Origin: a virus
Virus record (IMG/VR): IMGVR_UViG_3300027836_000011
Coordinates: 1,952 to 65,951 of that record
Direction: 5' to 3' (one strand)
DNA length: 64,000 nt
Shown here: piece by piece, positions 55,875 through 63,999 of the stretch
How the letters are laid out: each line of letters begins with the position of its first letter
Position numbering within the stretch: position 1 is the stretch's first letter
Notes under the pieces: generated by a model
Seen by the model: only the letters and a program-made list of their open reading frames with translations
What the model was told of the DNA's origin: nothing
The model's database searches: none
Made by a program: the position numbers and the translations under genes

Positions 55875-56582
55875 TTAATTATTTCTTTCAGCAGAACCTT
55901 GGCCCCTTTGTTGTTGATAAATGTTTTCTATATCTCCTGCAATAAGTGAAGCTGTATCATCTAATAATACTTCTACAACATCATCTTTAAATTGACATGG
56001 TACATTAATCGGACTAACCACACCTGTATATGGATCAACACATCCTTGTATTTGAATATAAACTGGTTTTTGGTAGTAAGTCAATACAGGATTTACAATA
56101 TTAAAATCTGGTTTTCTATAGATTCTAATCTTGTTACCTAACATTGTACAAAAAGTTTCACCCCATTCAAAGTTTGGATCCTTTAATGGATCTCTTAATA
56201 ATAGAGATACATTAGCTTCTTCAGCTAAATAAACTGTCATTGATCTAGGATCAGGACAACATTCACTAGTAGCATCAGTACTTACTCTTTTATACTCTAA
56301 ATAAGTATTTACAGGAAAGTTATTTGTTTCAAAATATTGATCAGTTACAACCCCTGTTAAAGAGAGTTCTCTCAGCAAAGGTTGTAAATCATCAATTCTT
56401 CTTTTAGATAGTTCATCACCTTCTTTATACATATTTCCCCCATGCAAATTTCTTCTGCACCAGTCAACTTGTACTTTATTAAATGCCTCAACAAACTGCC
56501 AACATTCTATATTATCATAGTCTTGGCTATCTAGTTTATTCAGTCTTTGTTTTAATTTAATTAAGAGTGTGTTATTATCCAT
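55875..56582 (-). CDS. Head-tail ring/connector protein (crAss gene-74-like, 235 aa)
   Basis: KLKQRLNKLDSQDYDNI...AFNKVQ...ELSKRRIDDLQPL pattern recalled from crAss-like ring proteins; conserved position after the MCP. Confidence 0.6.
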   Translation of the reverse strand: MDNNTLLIKLKQRLNKLDSQDYDNIECWQFVEAFNKVQVDWCRRNLHGGNMYKEGDELSKRRIDDLQPLLRELSLTGVVTDQYFETNNFPVNTYLEYKRVSTDATSECCPDPRSMTVYLAEEANVSLLLRDPLKDPNFEWGETFCTMLGNKIRIYRKPDFNIVNPVLTYYQKPVYIQIQGCVDPYTGVVSPINVPCQFKDDVVEVLLDDTASLIAGDIENIYQQQRGQGSAERNN

Positions 56583-56592
56583 TTTTTAAATT

Positions 56593-57609
56593 TTATGAGT
56601 TCCAGTATGGCTCTACTTTATTAAGTAATGACATCAACGTTTCTTCATTTTCAGGATTCTTTAAAAATTCCAAACATTCAGATGGTGACTTACCTAATCT
56701 AATTCCACTATCAATTGGTTCAATCCAACCTCCAGCTTTAGTAGTAATAAATCTATAATATAAAGAGTCTTTAATTAAAGCTCTAATTTTCAATTCTTCC
56801 ATTGTCAACCCTGATACTTCTATGAATTGTGAAGCTGCTCTTTTCTTAGAAGACTCAGCACCATTACCATTAATGTAATCATCCATATTTTCATAAAGAA
56901 TATCATTAGGTGTATTTTTCACATACTGTACACTATCAGCATCACAAATCTTAGCAACATACATTAATTTTGAAGCATTTGAATCATACATTTTTTGTAG
57001 TTCAACTAATGCTTTATTTTTCAATTTGCTAAGTTCTGTTCTAGTACTTAATGTTTCTTCCATTGTATCAAGATAAAACTTAGGTGGATTACCTGCTTCT
57101 CTTGCCTCTCTTAATGATTTTGCTACAATAGAAAATCCACCAGCATGAATAGCATATAACTTAATTAAGTCATAAGGATCTTTTTGTGGATCTAAAAATA
57201 CAGGATCATTCCCACATCTTAAACTAATTTTATCCCAAAACTTTGAATTATCTGGTCTCATTACTGTAAGCTTGTTCCAGAACTCTTTGTCATCAACAGC
57301 AACAACATTAGATGCTAATTCAGCTTCTAATTGAGCAACAACTTTTCTAATCTCTTTTACCTTTGCTTCTTTTTCTTTAGTAGGTAACATTTTTACATCA
57401 GGTGCAAATTCATTTAAACCTGTAACATAACGTTTAACCCCATTCATTTCTAAACAAGCTAATGTTTCTTCATGAAATACTCCATCATGCAAAGCTAATC
57501 CGTAATGTTCTAAACCCATATTCTCTTTTGAAGAATTAAAATAAGGGCGTATAGCAATACTTTGATTTTTTGTTTGCTGATACTTTTCTACAATTGTGTA
57601 ATCATTCAT
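56593..57609 (-). CDS. Conserved crAss-like protein downstream of the MCP (gene-75-like, 338 aa)
   Basis: C-terminal RLGKSPSECLEFLKNPENEE motif, plus synteny. Confidence 0.5.
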   Translation of the reverse strand: MNDYTIVEKYQQTKNQSIAIRPYFNSSKENMGLEHYGLALHDGVFHEETLACLEMNGVKRYVTGLNEFAPDVKMLPTKEKEAKVKEIRKVVAQLEAELASNVVAVDDKEFWNKLTVMRPDNSKFWDKISLRCGNDPVFLDPQKDPYDLIKLYAIHAGGFSIVAKSLREAREAGNPPKFYLDTMEETLSTRTELSKLKNKALVELQKMYDSNASKLMYVAKICDADSVQYVKNTPNDILYENMDDYINGNGAESSKKRAASQFIEVSGLTMEELKIRALIKDSLYYRFITTKAGGWIEPIDSGIRLGKSPSECLEFLKNPENEETLMSLLNKVEPYWNS

Positions 57610-57652
57610 AATTTGGTTTTGTGTTAAAATTTAATAATTGTTTTCTCATTGT

Positions 57653-57673
57653 CAAAAGTACATAATTATGTAC
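57653..57673 (-). promoter_or_regulatory. Bacteroidota-type -7 element TACTTTTG overlapped by a perfect 16-bp palindrome (possible operator)
   Basis: CAAAAGTA at 57653-57660; GTACATAATTATGTAC at 57658-57673. Confidence 0.45.
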
Positions 57674-57733
57674 AATTTATTATTATTAATATTTCTAAAG
57701 TAAGGTTTTTATTCTTACTCTAGTTTATTTGAC

Positions 57734-57934
57734 TTAAGCCGGTAAAACAATTTTTAATGCTCCTGCTGTATGATACAAATCTCCATTACCTAATCCTGCT
57801 GCTTTTGCCGCAGCATTATCAGCATAATTTCTATCTAATATATCTTTACCTACAGCTTTTGAAGCAATAATTTCAGAAACATTTAAGTTTGAAAACTCAT
57901 ATGTTTTATTTGCTTTTTTTATATCTAATGCCAT
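57734..57934 (-). CDS. Small putative head decoration/fibre protein (66 aa)
   Basis: C-terminal YADNAAAKAAGLGNGDLYHTAGALKIV, a motif recalled from phage head-fibre/decoration proteins; directly after the MCP. Confidence 0.5.
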   Translation of the reverse strand: MALDIKKANKTYEFSNLNVSEIIASKAVGKDILDRNYADNAAAKAAGLGNGDLYHTAGALKIVLPA

Positions 57935-57955
57935 TTTATTTATGTTTTAAAGATT

Positions 57956-57988
57956 AAAAAAAAGGGAGGAGCTTTTACCCTGCCTCCC
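57956..57988 (-). terminator. Intrinsic terminator after the major capsid gene
   Basis: Minus strand GGGAGG-(13 nt)-CCTCCC followed by 8 T. Confidence 0.75.
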
Positions 57989-58005
57989 ATTTTAATTATT
58001 GATTA

Positions 58006-59622
58006 TTAGAATGAACCACCAGTGATTGGGTTTCTCATTACAATTTTCAAGACTTTAGTTGGATCTTTAACCCAAATAGCAGGCATAGTTTGTGACATCA
58101 TTACACGGTATCCGTTGAAGTTACCTGTAGATGCAAAACCTTGAGTTCTTCCCATGTAATCCATAGTTCCATTTTGGTAGAACCATTTCAATTGATTATC
58201 CCAAGATAATTTCAATAAATGGATGTTATCATTTCCTTCATCTGTTACGTCAAAGATAATGAAACTGTAAGAACTTAATGGACGGCCATCAATTAATGGA
58301 TTCTCAATATCATTAGTATTCAAGTTATCAAACGCAGGGTTCAATACAAACTTAACGTTAGCTAAGAAAGGAATAGTAAATGAAGTGTAAGCAAATCCAT
58401 AATCTAGATCCATTCCAGAACCTTTAACAGCTCCAATGTCACTAGCGTTTTGTACTAGACCAGAACCATATACTTCATCAGCAATAGCTTTGTTGATCAA
58501 TTGCATACCACCAATACCTGTTTGAACAACAAGTGATCTTTGTGGATCTGGACCTTTGAACTCAACTTTACCTTGGTAGAAGTTATATAATTCAGATTTA
58601 AACATATCAAGTGTGAAAGAAGACTTGTTGTAAACTCTTTTGAATGAGTTATCCAACTGTGCCCATAATCCCACAGATAATCTAATATCATCTGGACCAT
58701 CTTGTTTAATTCTACCACCTTTACCCCACATCAAGTAAGTTTCAATATCTGAAGCAATTTTTGATAAGTGAGCAGCTTCCATGTTAGTGATAAATGTTCT
58801 AGTAAGTTGACCATTTTCAAATGCTTCTCTTGCACCAGCTTTACCCATGTTAGCAATCAATCCTTCAATAGAAGGTACAGCTGGATCATTGTTAGCTCCA
58901 AAGTTTCTCCAGATTTCAGTTACTGGTACAGTACCATCAGCATTCAAACCACCTTTGATCATTAAATCAGCACGGCTAGAAATAGAATAGTGTACGTGTG
59001 CTTCAGCTCCTCCTACGAAATTGTAGAACTCACGGAAACCAGAACCTGTTTCAATGTCAGAGAATCTTTCTCCATACTCACCTCTTGCAGAACCTTTTCT
59101 GAAGAATTTAGTACCTTTAGCTAAATACTTATTATCTAAGCTAGCTACGTTGTTGTTGTTTACCAATTGAACAGTATAGATAAAACCGTCACCAGCAGGG
59201 ATGATATCATCAGCTGTGATGTAAAGCTCTAATCCATTGTATTTGTCATAAGTGATAATATCACCATGTCCAAATGTTCTTTTAGAAATTTTAATTTTGA
59301 ATGTTGTTCCATCAACACCTTTACCTGTGTTACCTGGTTCAATGTCTGCCACAATGTATGGAAGATCTTGTGCAATAGGAGTTTGCCATTTGTACTCACC
59401 ACGAGCATTGTCTACCATGATAGTATTCTTTCCACCAAATGAAGCCATTTGATAAAGAGGCATTTCAACTTTTTGAGTCATTGCCCACAAATCAATTGGT
59501 CCCATATCCATAGGTTCTGCTGAACCTAGCATCTGAGTCAAGTGATAAGAATCAACATGAGAACTTGCTTTGTAGCTTGTATCTCTTAGGAAAATCCCAT
59601 TATTTAATACTGGAGTTGCCAT
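58006..59622 (-). CDS. Major capsid protein (crAss-like HK97 fold, 538 aa)
   Basis: Follows the portal and scaffold genes and is followed by a strong terminator. Sequence pattern (YLMWGKGG...VGLWAQL; FVLNPAFD...HPLSSYSFIIFD-like; IWVKDPTK) recalled from crAss-like MCPs. Confidence 0.85.
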   Translation of the reverse strand: MATPVLNNGIFLRDTSYKASSHVDSYHLTQMLGSAEPMDMGPIDLWAMTQKVEMPLYQMASFGGKNTIMVDNARGEYKWQTPIAQDLPYIVADIEPGNTGKGVDGTTFKIKISKRTFGHGDIITYDKYNGLELYITADDIIPAGDGFIYTVQLVNNNNVASLDNKYLAKGTKFFRKGSARGEYGERFSDIETGSGFREFYNFVGGAEAHVHYSISSRADLMIKGGLNADGTVPVTEIWRNFGANNDPAVPSIEGLIANMGKAGAREAFENGQLTRTFITNMEAAHLSKIASDIETYLMWGKGGRIKQDGPDDIRLSVGLWAQLDNSFKRVYNKSSFTLDMFKSELYNFYQGKVEFKGPDPQRSLVVQTGIGGMQLINKAIADEVYGSGLVQNASDIGAVKGSGMDLDYGFAYTSFTIPFLANVKFVLNPAFDNLNTNDIENPLIDGRPLSSYSFIIFDVTDEGNDNIHLLKLSWDNQLKWFYQNGTMDYMGRTQGFASTGNFNGYRVMMSQTMPAIWVKDPTKVLKIVMRNPITGGSF

Positions 59623-59667
59623 AATTTTTACTTGTTTTTAGTTATTAATTGTTTATATATTTGATTG

Positions 59668-60978
59668 TTAAATCCTTTTGAAAATGTTATTGGTTCTTGG
59701 TAACTTTTTAGTTGGCTGTCTTCTTGTTTCTTCATCTTTATCTTGAATCCCAAGAGAACTTGAACTATGATTACCTTGTTCTGTTTTTAGTTTTCTTACT
59801 GTTTGCTCAATACTTTGTTGAGCACCTTTGTCCATTATCTTTGCTTTATATCCTTGTGGATCTTGTAATAACCATAATGCTTCTGAAATCAATGCATAAT
59901 TTGGTTCTACAAACTGATACTTTTCTAATAGGTGTCCTAATAGATTTGTATTTCTTCCACTTACTGAAGGATAACTAGGTTGAACTAAACCATTGTACAA
60001 CATTGCTTGAGTTTTTCTATCAACTTTAATGTCTCCTAAACTACCATCTTTTAAAGTATCATATACATTTTGCATATATGCTTTAGAAGCTTGTTCTTGT
60101 TGTTTCTGTTTTAGTTGTTGCTCTTGCACTTTTTTGATAACAATTTGTTCTGCCATCTTATCCAACTTTGGTTTGAACTTAGCTGCTTGTTGTTCAAGTT
60201 TACCTAAGTCTTTCCAAATTTCAATTTCTTCTGCAATTTCTTCAGAAGTACCATAACCAGTAGCGTTTAAATATTCTTTAATAATTAACTCCTGATCTCT
60301 TTCAGATTTAATATCTAAATCTTTAGTTTCTTCTACCTGACCTAATGTTGAAAACAATCCTTTTAAATCAGTACCACCATCTGCTACATATCTTGCGGCA
60401 ATTTGTAATTCTTCAGGTAAGCTAGCAAAAAACTGTTTAGGGGTTTCACGTCTTACTTGATTAGCTTTTTCTTCTAAGTTAGCTTCAATTAATTCTTCCC
60501 AATCTTTTGCAGTATATTCATCTAATGATTTTTCATCATCAAATGGAACTAACTTATCTTCTTTAATCATTTTTGAAAAAACATCTGAAATTCCAGAAAT
60601 AGCTTTTCTACCTCTAGTTTCTTTTTTTTCATCTTCATCTTCATCACCTAAACTATCAAGGATGCTTTTACCATCTTCTTTAGTTGCTTTAGGTGTAATG
60701 TCATCATCTTCTTCATCTTCATCATCTGCAAGAAGATCTGCATTTGATTTTGCAGCTTTACCTCTTTCAGTTAAATCATCTGCATCATCTGCATCTGGAT
60801 CAGCAAATGAAAAATCTGCTTTCTTATTTATACCTGAAAAAATGTTGTTTGTAGCTTTAGTATCTTTTCCAGATGGCAAAGTCATATCATCACCGCTAGG
60901 TGCTGCATTGAATATTGTATCTAAATCAATATCTAAAGTCTCTACGTTACTACTCATTGTGTTGTTTTTGGTACTCAT
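59668..60978 (-). CDS. Putative capsid scaffolding protein (436 aa)
   Basis: Very acidic, low-complexity N-terminal half and helical C-terminal half; lies between portal and MCP. Confidence 0.55.
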   Translation of the reverse strand: MSTKNNTMSSNVETLDIDLDTIFNAAPSGDDMTLPSGKDTKATNNIFSGINKKADFSFADPDADDADDLTERGKAAKSNADLLADDEDEEDDDITPKATKEDGKSILDSLGDEDEDEKKETRGRKAISGISDVFSKMIKEDKLVPFDDEKSLDEYTAKDWEELIEANLEEKANQVRRETPKQFFASLPEELQIAARYVADGGTDLKGLFSTLGQVEETKDLDIKSERDQELIIKEYLNATGYGTSEEIAEEIEIWKDLGKLEQQAAKFKPKLDKMAEQIVIKKVQEQQLKQKQQEQASKAYMQNVYDTLKDGSLGDIKVDRKTQAMLYNGLVQPSYPSVSGRNTNLLGHLLEKYQFVEPNYALISEALWLLQDPQGYKAKIMDKGAQQSIEQTVRKLKTEQGNHSSSSLGIQDKDEETRRQPTKKLPRTNNIFKRI

Positions 60979-61012
60979 CTTATTGTTGGTTTAATAATTA
61001 ATACTTTATATA

Positions 61013-61034
61013 TATAATATAATAAATCTTTATT
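61013..61034 (-). promoter_or_regulatory. Putative late promoter motif TTATATTATA abutting the hairpin AATAAA-GA-TTTATT
   Basis: Motif at 61013-61022, inverted repeat at 61021-61034, 34 nt upstream of the scaffold ATG. Confidence 0.4.
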
Positions 61035-61107
61035 TGGTTTGCACTATAATAAACTTATTATATTTGATAATATTGCAAAGTTTATTGCAGTATATAGCTA
61101 ACGCAAA

Positions 61108-63855
61108 TTATTTATTTTCTGATTTTTTTTGATCATACTTATTTTTGTTTTGTTTTGCTATATCTAACTGTGTATTTGCTATCTGTGTTTGTGCTGCAAT
61201 TCTTTCTCTTTCAACCTGAAGCTTCTGGCTTTCCATAGATGATTTGGTCATCATTTCCTCACGTTTAATATTCATTTGCTCTCTATACTTAGTAGTTTCT
61301 TGAATATCTTTTAATGCATCTTGATAATCATTTACCTGGTTTTGATTTATATCAACACCCGCTCCATAACCTGCAGCTCTGATTTCAGCAATAGTAATAT
61401 CATTCTGTCTATCTTTCTCTGCTTCTTGTTGTTCTAACTGAGCTTTCATTTGAGCTTCTTGCGCCTGTGCTTGTAACTGTTGTTCTTGCATTTGACGTTG
61501 TTGTTGCATATCTTCTTGTCTTTGTGCTGTTACTCTAGCTTCAGCATCTCTTAAGATATCAGTTACTTCAGAAATAGAATCTGCTTTAACAATATTACCA
61601 AGTTCAAATATACTAGCACCTGTAGTATTATTAGTTAATGCCATTTGTTTCAACTGTTCAAGAATAGCTCTATGATTTGTTTTAGTTGTGGCAAATACGT
61701 TGAAGTCTCTTAATAAAAGATCTGTACCATTAATAGTAAAGTTTACCTTTTCTGCTTCAGTAGAGATGTAACTCAATCTTACGCTAGGATTTGTACTATA
61801 ATAGTATTGAGCCAAGTCTGTTCTCATCTGATGTATTCTTGGCATCAATTGATCTGAGTGCTGTACAAAGTAAATTTCTGTTTGAGCATATGATTGTTGC
61901 ATAGCATTAACAACTCCGGTAGCTGTTTCTGCTGATACAGCACCACCTAATCTTTGAGGATTAATACCTATTGCATCAAAACATTGTTGTTTAAAGTAAT
62001 TAGCTAATTGTATTCTACTCATCAATCTACTAGTCTGCTCCATGTTTAGAGTCTGGTAGTGTTGGAAGTTTACAGCATTTTCAGTATTGGTAATTGAAGT
62101 ATCAAGAGGAAGCATTTGGAAATCCTTCATTGCTACATATGCTTTAGCATAATTGTTTTTACCCCAATCTTCTCCCATAGAGTGACGTGGTAATGCATTC
62201 TGGTCAAACATAATTACTGTACCTAATTCATCAATTAAGATATCAGCAATCTGATTATTAACCATATTGTATCCAACTTGATAAGCTTTCATTAAATCCA
62301 CTAAAGAAGTAGATCTAGTATTTCTATCAGAAAATACTCTTCCTTCAACCGGTAATTTACAACCATATAAAGAATTGTTTCCTTTAAATTGGAATGGTAA
62401 TCTACCAGGTTTAGTTCTATTAATACCTAAGTATATAGGATTTATTTCACTGCTTGTTGAACTTTTCCACATAGCAGGTACATTTGGTCCAACTTTAACA
62501 CCACCCCAAATTTCATTAATCCAAATCCAATCTATATGTTCACCTTGTAGTAAAGTGTCTTTTGTTTTATTTTTAAATATTGATGTATCATATACAGCTT
62601 TTTCAGTTACCTTAAATGTTTCATCAACTATCTCTTGAGTAACTTCACCATCAGCCTCTATTTTAACTAGGTGCCCAATTTTTCTTTGAGTCTTCCAATA
62701 GATTGTAGAAACCCTCATTAAATTGCTATCACCAAAATAAGCTAAGTCTTCACTTTGACTTAAGATCTGTGTTAAAATATCACCACCTCTAGCAGGATCT
62801 GCCATATAGTTACTTGTATATTGTCTGTAGGCTAAACCTGGTGAATCAGTATTCCACGCATGAGATCTTGTAGCATCATAATAAGAACCATCATTTTGAT
62901 AACCATTAACTTGGTATTGAGCAGATCTTGCAGGATAAATTCTTTGTAATGATTCCAACTGTTGTTGACTCATCAAATATCCATATTTATCTACAACATC
63001 AGCTACTGTCATCAAATCAATTTTACCAACATAAGCTGAATCAGAAATATATCTTTGATCTGGAGATTTTTGATAGAATGTTAATACAGGATTCCATAGT
63101 TCAATATCATAATCATCTTCCAACATACGGAAATGCCAGAACTCTCTATCAGCAATAAGCATATCTCTGAATCCTCTTTCCTCAAGTTCTTGCATTTTAA
63201 ATCTTTCCTCATCAACATTTAATTGATGTGAAGCCCATTCTTCAACAGAACTTCTATAAGACTTACTAAAGAAGTCTTCTATTTCAGGTAATGTCTTAAT
63301 ATTTTCAGGAGCAAGTTGTTGTTTAGCTTCATCAGAAGCTGGATCCATTCCCATCTGAATCATTTTTTCTACAAGTTTTCTTTCAGCATCTGCAAGCAAA
63401 GCTTCTTCAACTTGCATTCTTTTTGCTTCAAGCATTTCATTGTATGACTTATCATCAACAGCTCTGAATTGTACTTTATTGTATCTCTTGGAAAACTCTC
63501 CACTCAATACATTAATTACATTTGGGATGATGGGATAAAATTTAAGTTCTAAAGCAGAATCATTCTCTTTAGTTAAAACATCCATTAGATCTTTATAGTC
63601 ATTATCAGGTTCAACTATATAATCTGTTTTATCTATAATTCCTTTAGCTAATTTATAATTTTTTAAAAGCCTTCTAGCATTAAGTTTTAAAAACTGAATA
63701 CCTTGGAGTTCTAACCAATCTAAGTTCCATGCCGCCCAATCATCTGTTTTTTCACTGTAAGGTAAAAATTGAATAGGTTGCGTCAAACTAGAAAAGGTAG
63801 GTCCTTCTGTTTTTTTTGCACCGGCTTTTAACTGCATTGCATTAAGTACTTTCAT
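61108..63855 (-). CDS. Portal protein (crAss-like, 915 aa)
   Basis: Lies between terminase and scaffold/MCP. Motifs YPIIPNVINVLSGE, FRDMLIADREFW and GINPQRLG...TATGV; long Gln/Glu-rich C-terminal coiled coil. Confidence 0.85.
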   Translation of the reverse strand: MKVLNAMQLKAGAKKTEGPTFSSLTQPIQFLPYSEKTDDWAAWNLDWLELQGIQFLKLNARRLLKNYKLAKGIIDKTDYIVEPDNDYKDLMDVLTKENDSALELKFYPIIPNVINVLSGEFSKRYNKVQFRAVDDKSYNEMLEAKRMQVEEALLADAERKLVEKMIQMGMDPASDEAKQQLAPENIKTLPEIEDFFSKSYRSSVEEWASHQLNVDEERFKMQELEERGFRDMLIADREFWHFRMLEDDYDIELWNPVLTFYQKSPDQRYISDSAYVGKIDLMTVADVVDKYGYLMSQQQLESLQRIYPARSAQYQVNGYQNDGSYYDATRSHAWNTDSPGLAYRQYTSNYMADPARGGDILTQILSQSEDLAYFGDSNLMRVSTIYWKTQRKIGHLVKIEADGEVTQEIVDETFKVTEKAVYDTSIFKNKTKDTLLQGEHIDWIWINEIWGGVKVGPNVPAMWKSSTSSEINPIYLGINRTKPGRLPFQFKGNNSLYGCKLPVEGRVFSDRNTRSTSLVDLMKAYQVGYNMVNNQIADILIDELGTVIMFDQNALPRHSMGEDWGKNNYAKAYVAMKDFQMLPLDTSITNTENAVNFQHYQTLNMEQTSRLMSRIQLANYFKQQCFDAIGINPQRLGGAVSAETATGVVNAMQQSYAQTEIYFVQHSDQLMPRIHQMRTDLAQYYYSTNPSVRLSYISTEAEKVNFTINGTDLLLRDFNVFATTKTNHRAILEQLKQMALTNNTTGASIFELGNIVKADSISEVTDILRDAEARVTAQRQEDMQQQRQMQEQQLQAQAQEAQMKAQLEQQEAEKDRQNDITIAEIRAAGYGAGVDINQNQVNDYQDALKDIQETTKYREQMNIKREEMMTKSSMESQKLQVERERIAAQTQIANTQLDIAKQNKNKYDQKKSENK

Positions 63856-63876
63856 TCTAAATTTAATTTAGTTAAT

Positions 63877-63999
63877 TTATTTATAATTTTTGAAGCCTGA
63901 TCTTTTAATTGTATTTCCAGTGTTGTTTCCACTACGTCCAATATTTTTAAACGGACTATACTTTAATTTATACAAATTTTCTGAATTTACCAAAGATTT
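63877..63999 (-). CDS. terL: 3' end of a gene entering from beyond the window, probably terminase large subunit
   Basis: Open frame from the window edge (KSLVNSENLYKLKYSPFKNIGRSG...RSGFKNYK-stop; TAA at 63877-63879), missed by the ORF track. Identity inferred from its position upstream of the portal. Confidence 0.45.
   Translation of the reverse strand, partial: KSLVNSENLYKLKYSPFKNIGRSGNNTGNTIKRSGFKNYK

Noticed and set aside
57699-57720. Weak hairpin AGTAAG...CTTACT after the 66-aa gene as a terminator
   Set aside because: AT-rich stem with no convincing U-tract; too weak to call.
200-63158. Short ORFs of 60-140 aa in the track that overlap the long genes on the opposite strand or in another frame (e.g. 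200-493, 6180-6488, 8868-9290, 18328-18672, 45195-45539, 60662-60994)
   Set aside because: They lie wholly or almost wholly within well-supported long CDSs, have no motifs or plausible leaders, and show the Ser/Leu/Phe-rich composition typical of antisense shadows.
3-63855. Inteins or group I/II introns in nrdA, RNAP, MCP or portal
   Set aside because: The ORFs are continuous, and no LAGLIDADG/HNH or C...HN-(C/S/T) splice motifs were noticed. A small intein in the 4707-aa protein cannot be fully excluded by eye.
1571-63855. Stop-codon reassignment (alternative genetic code)
   Set aside because: Standard-code ORFs tile the region almost without gaps, including a 14-kb ORF, so no recoding is needed.
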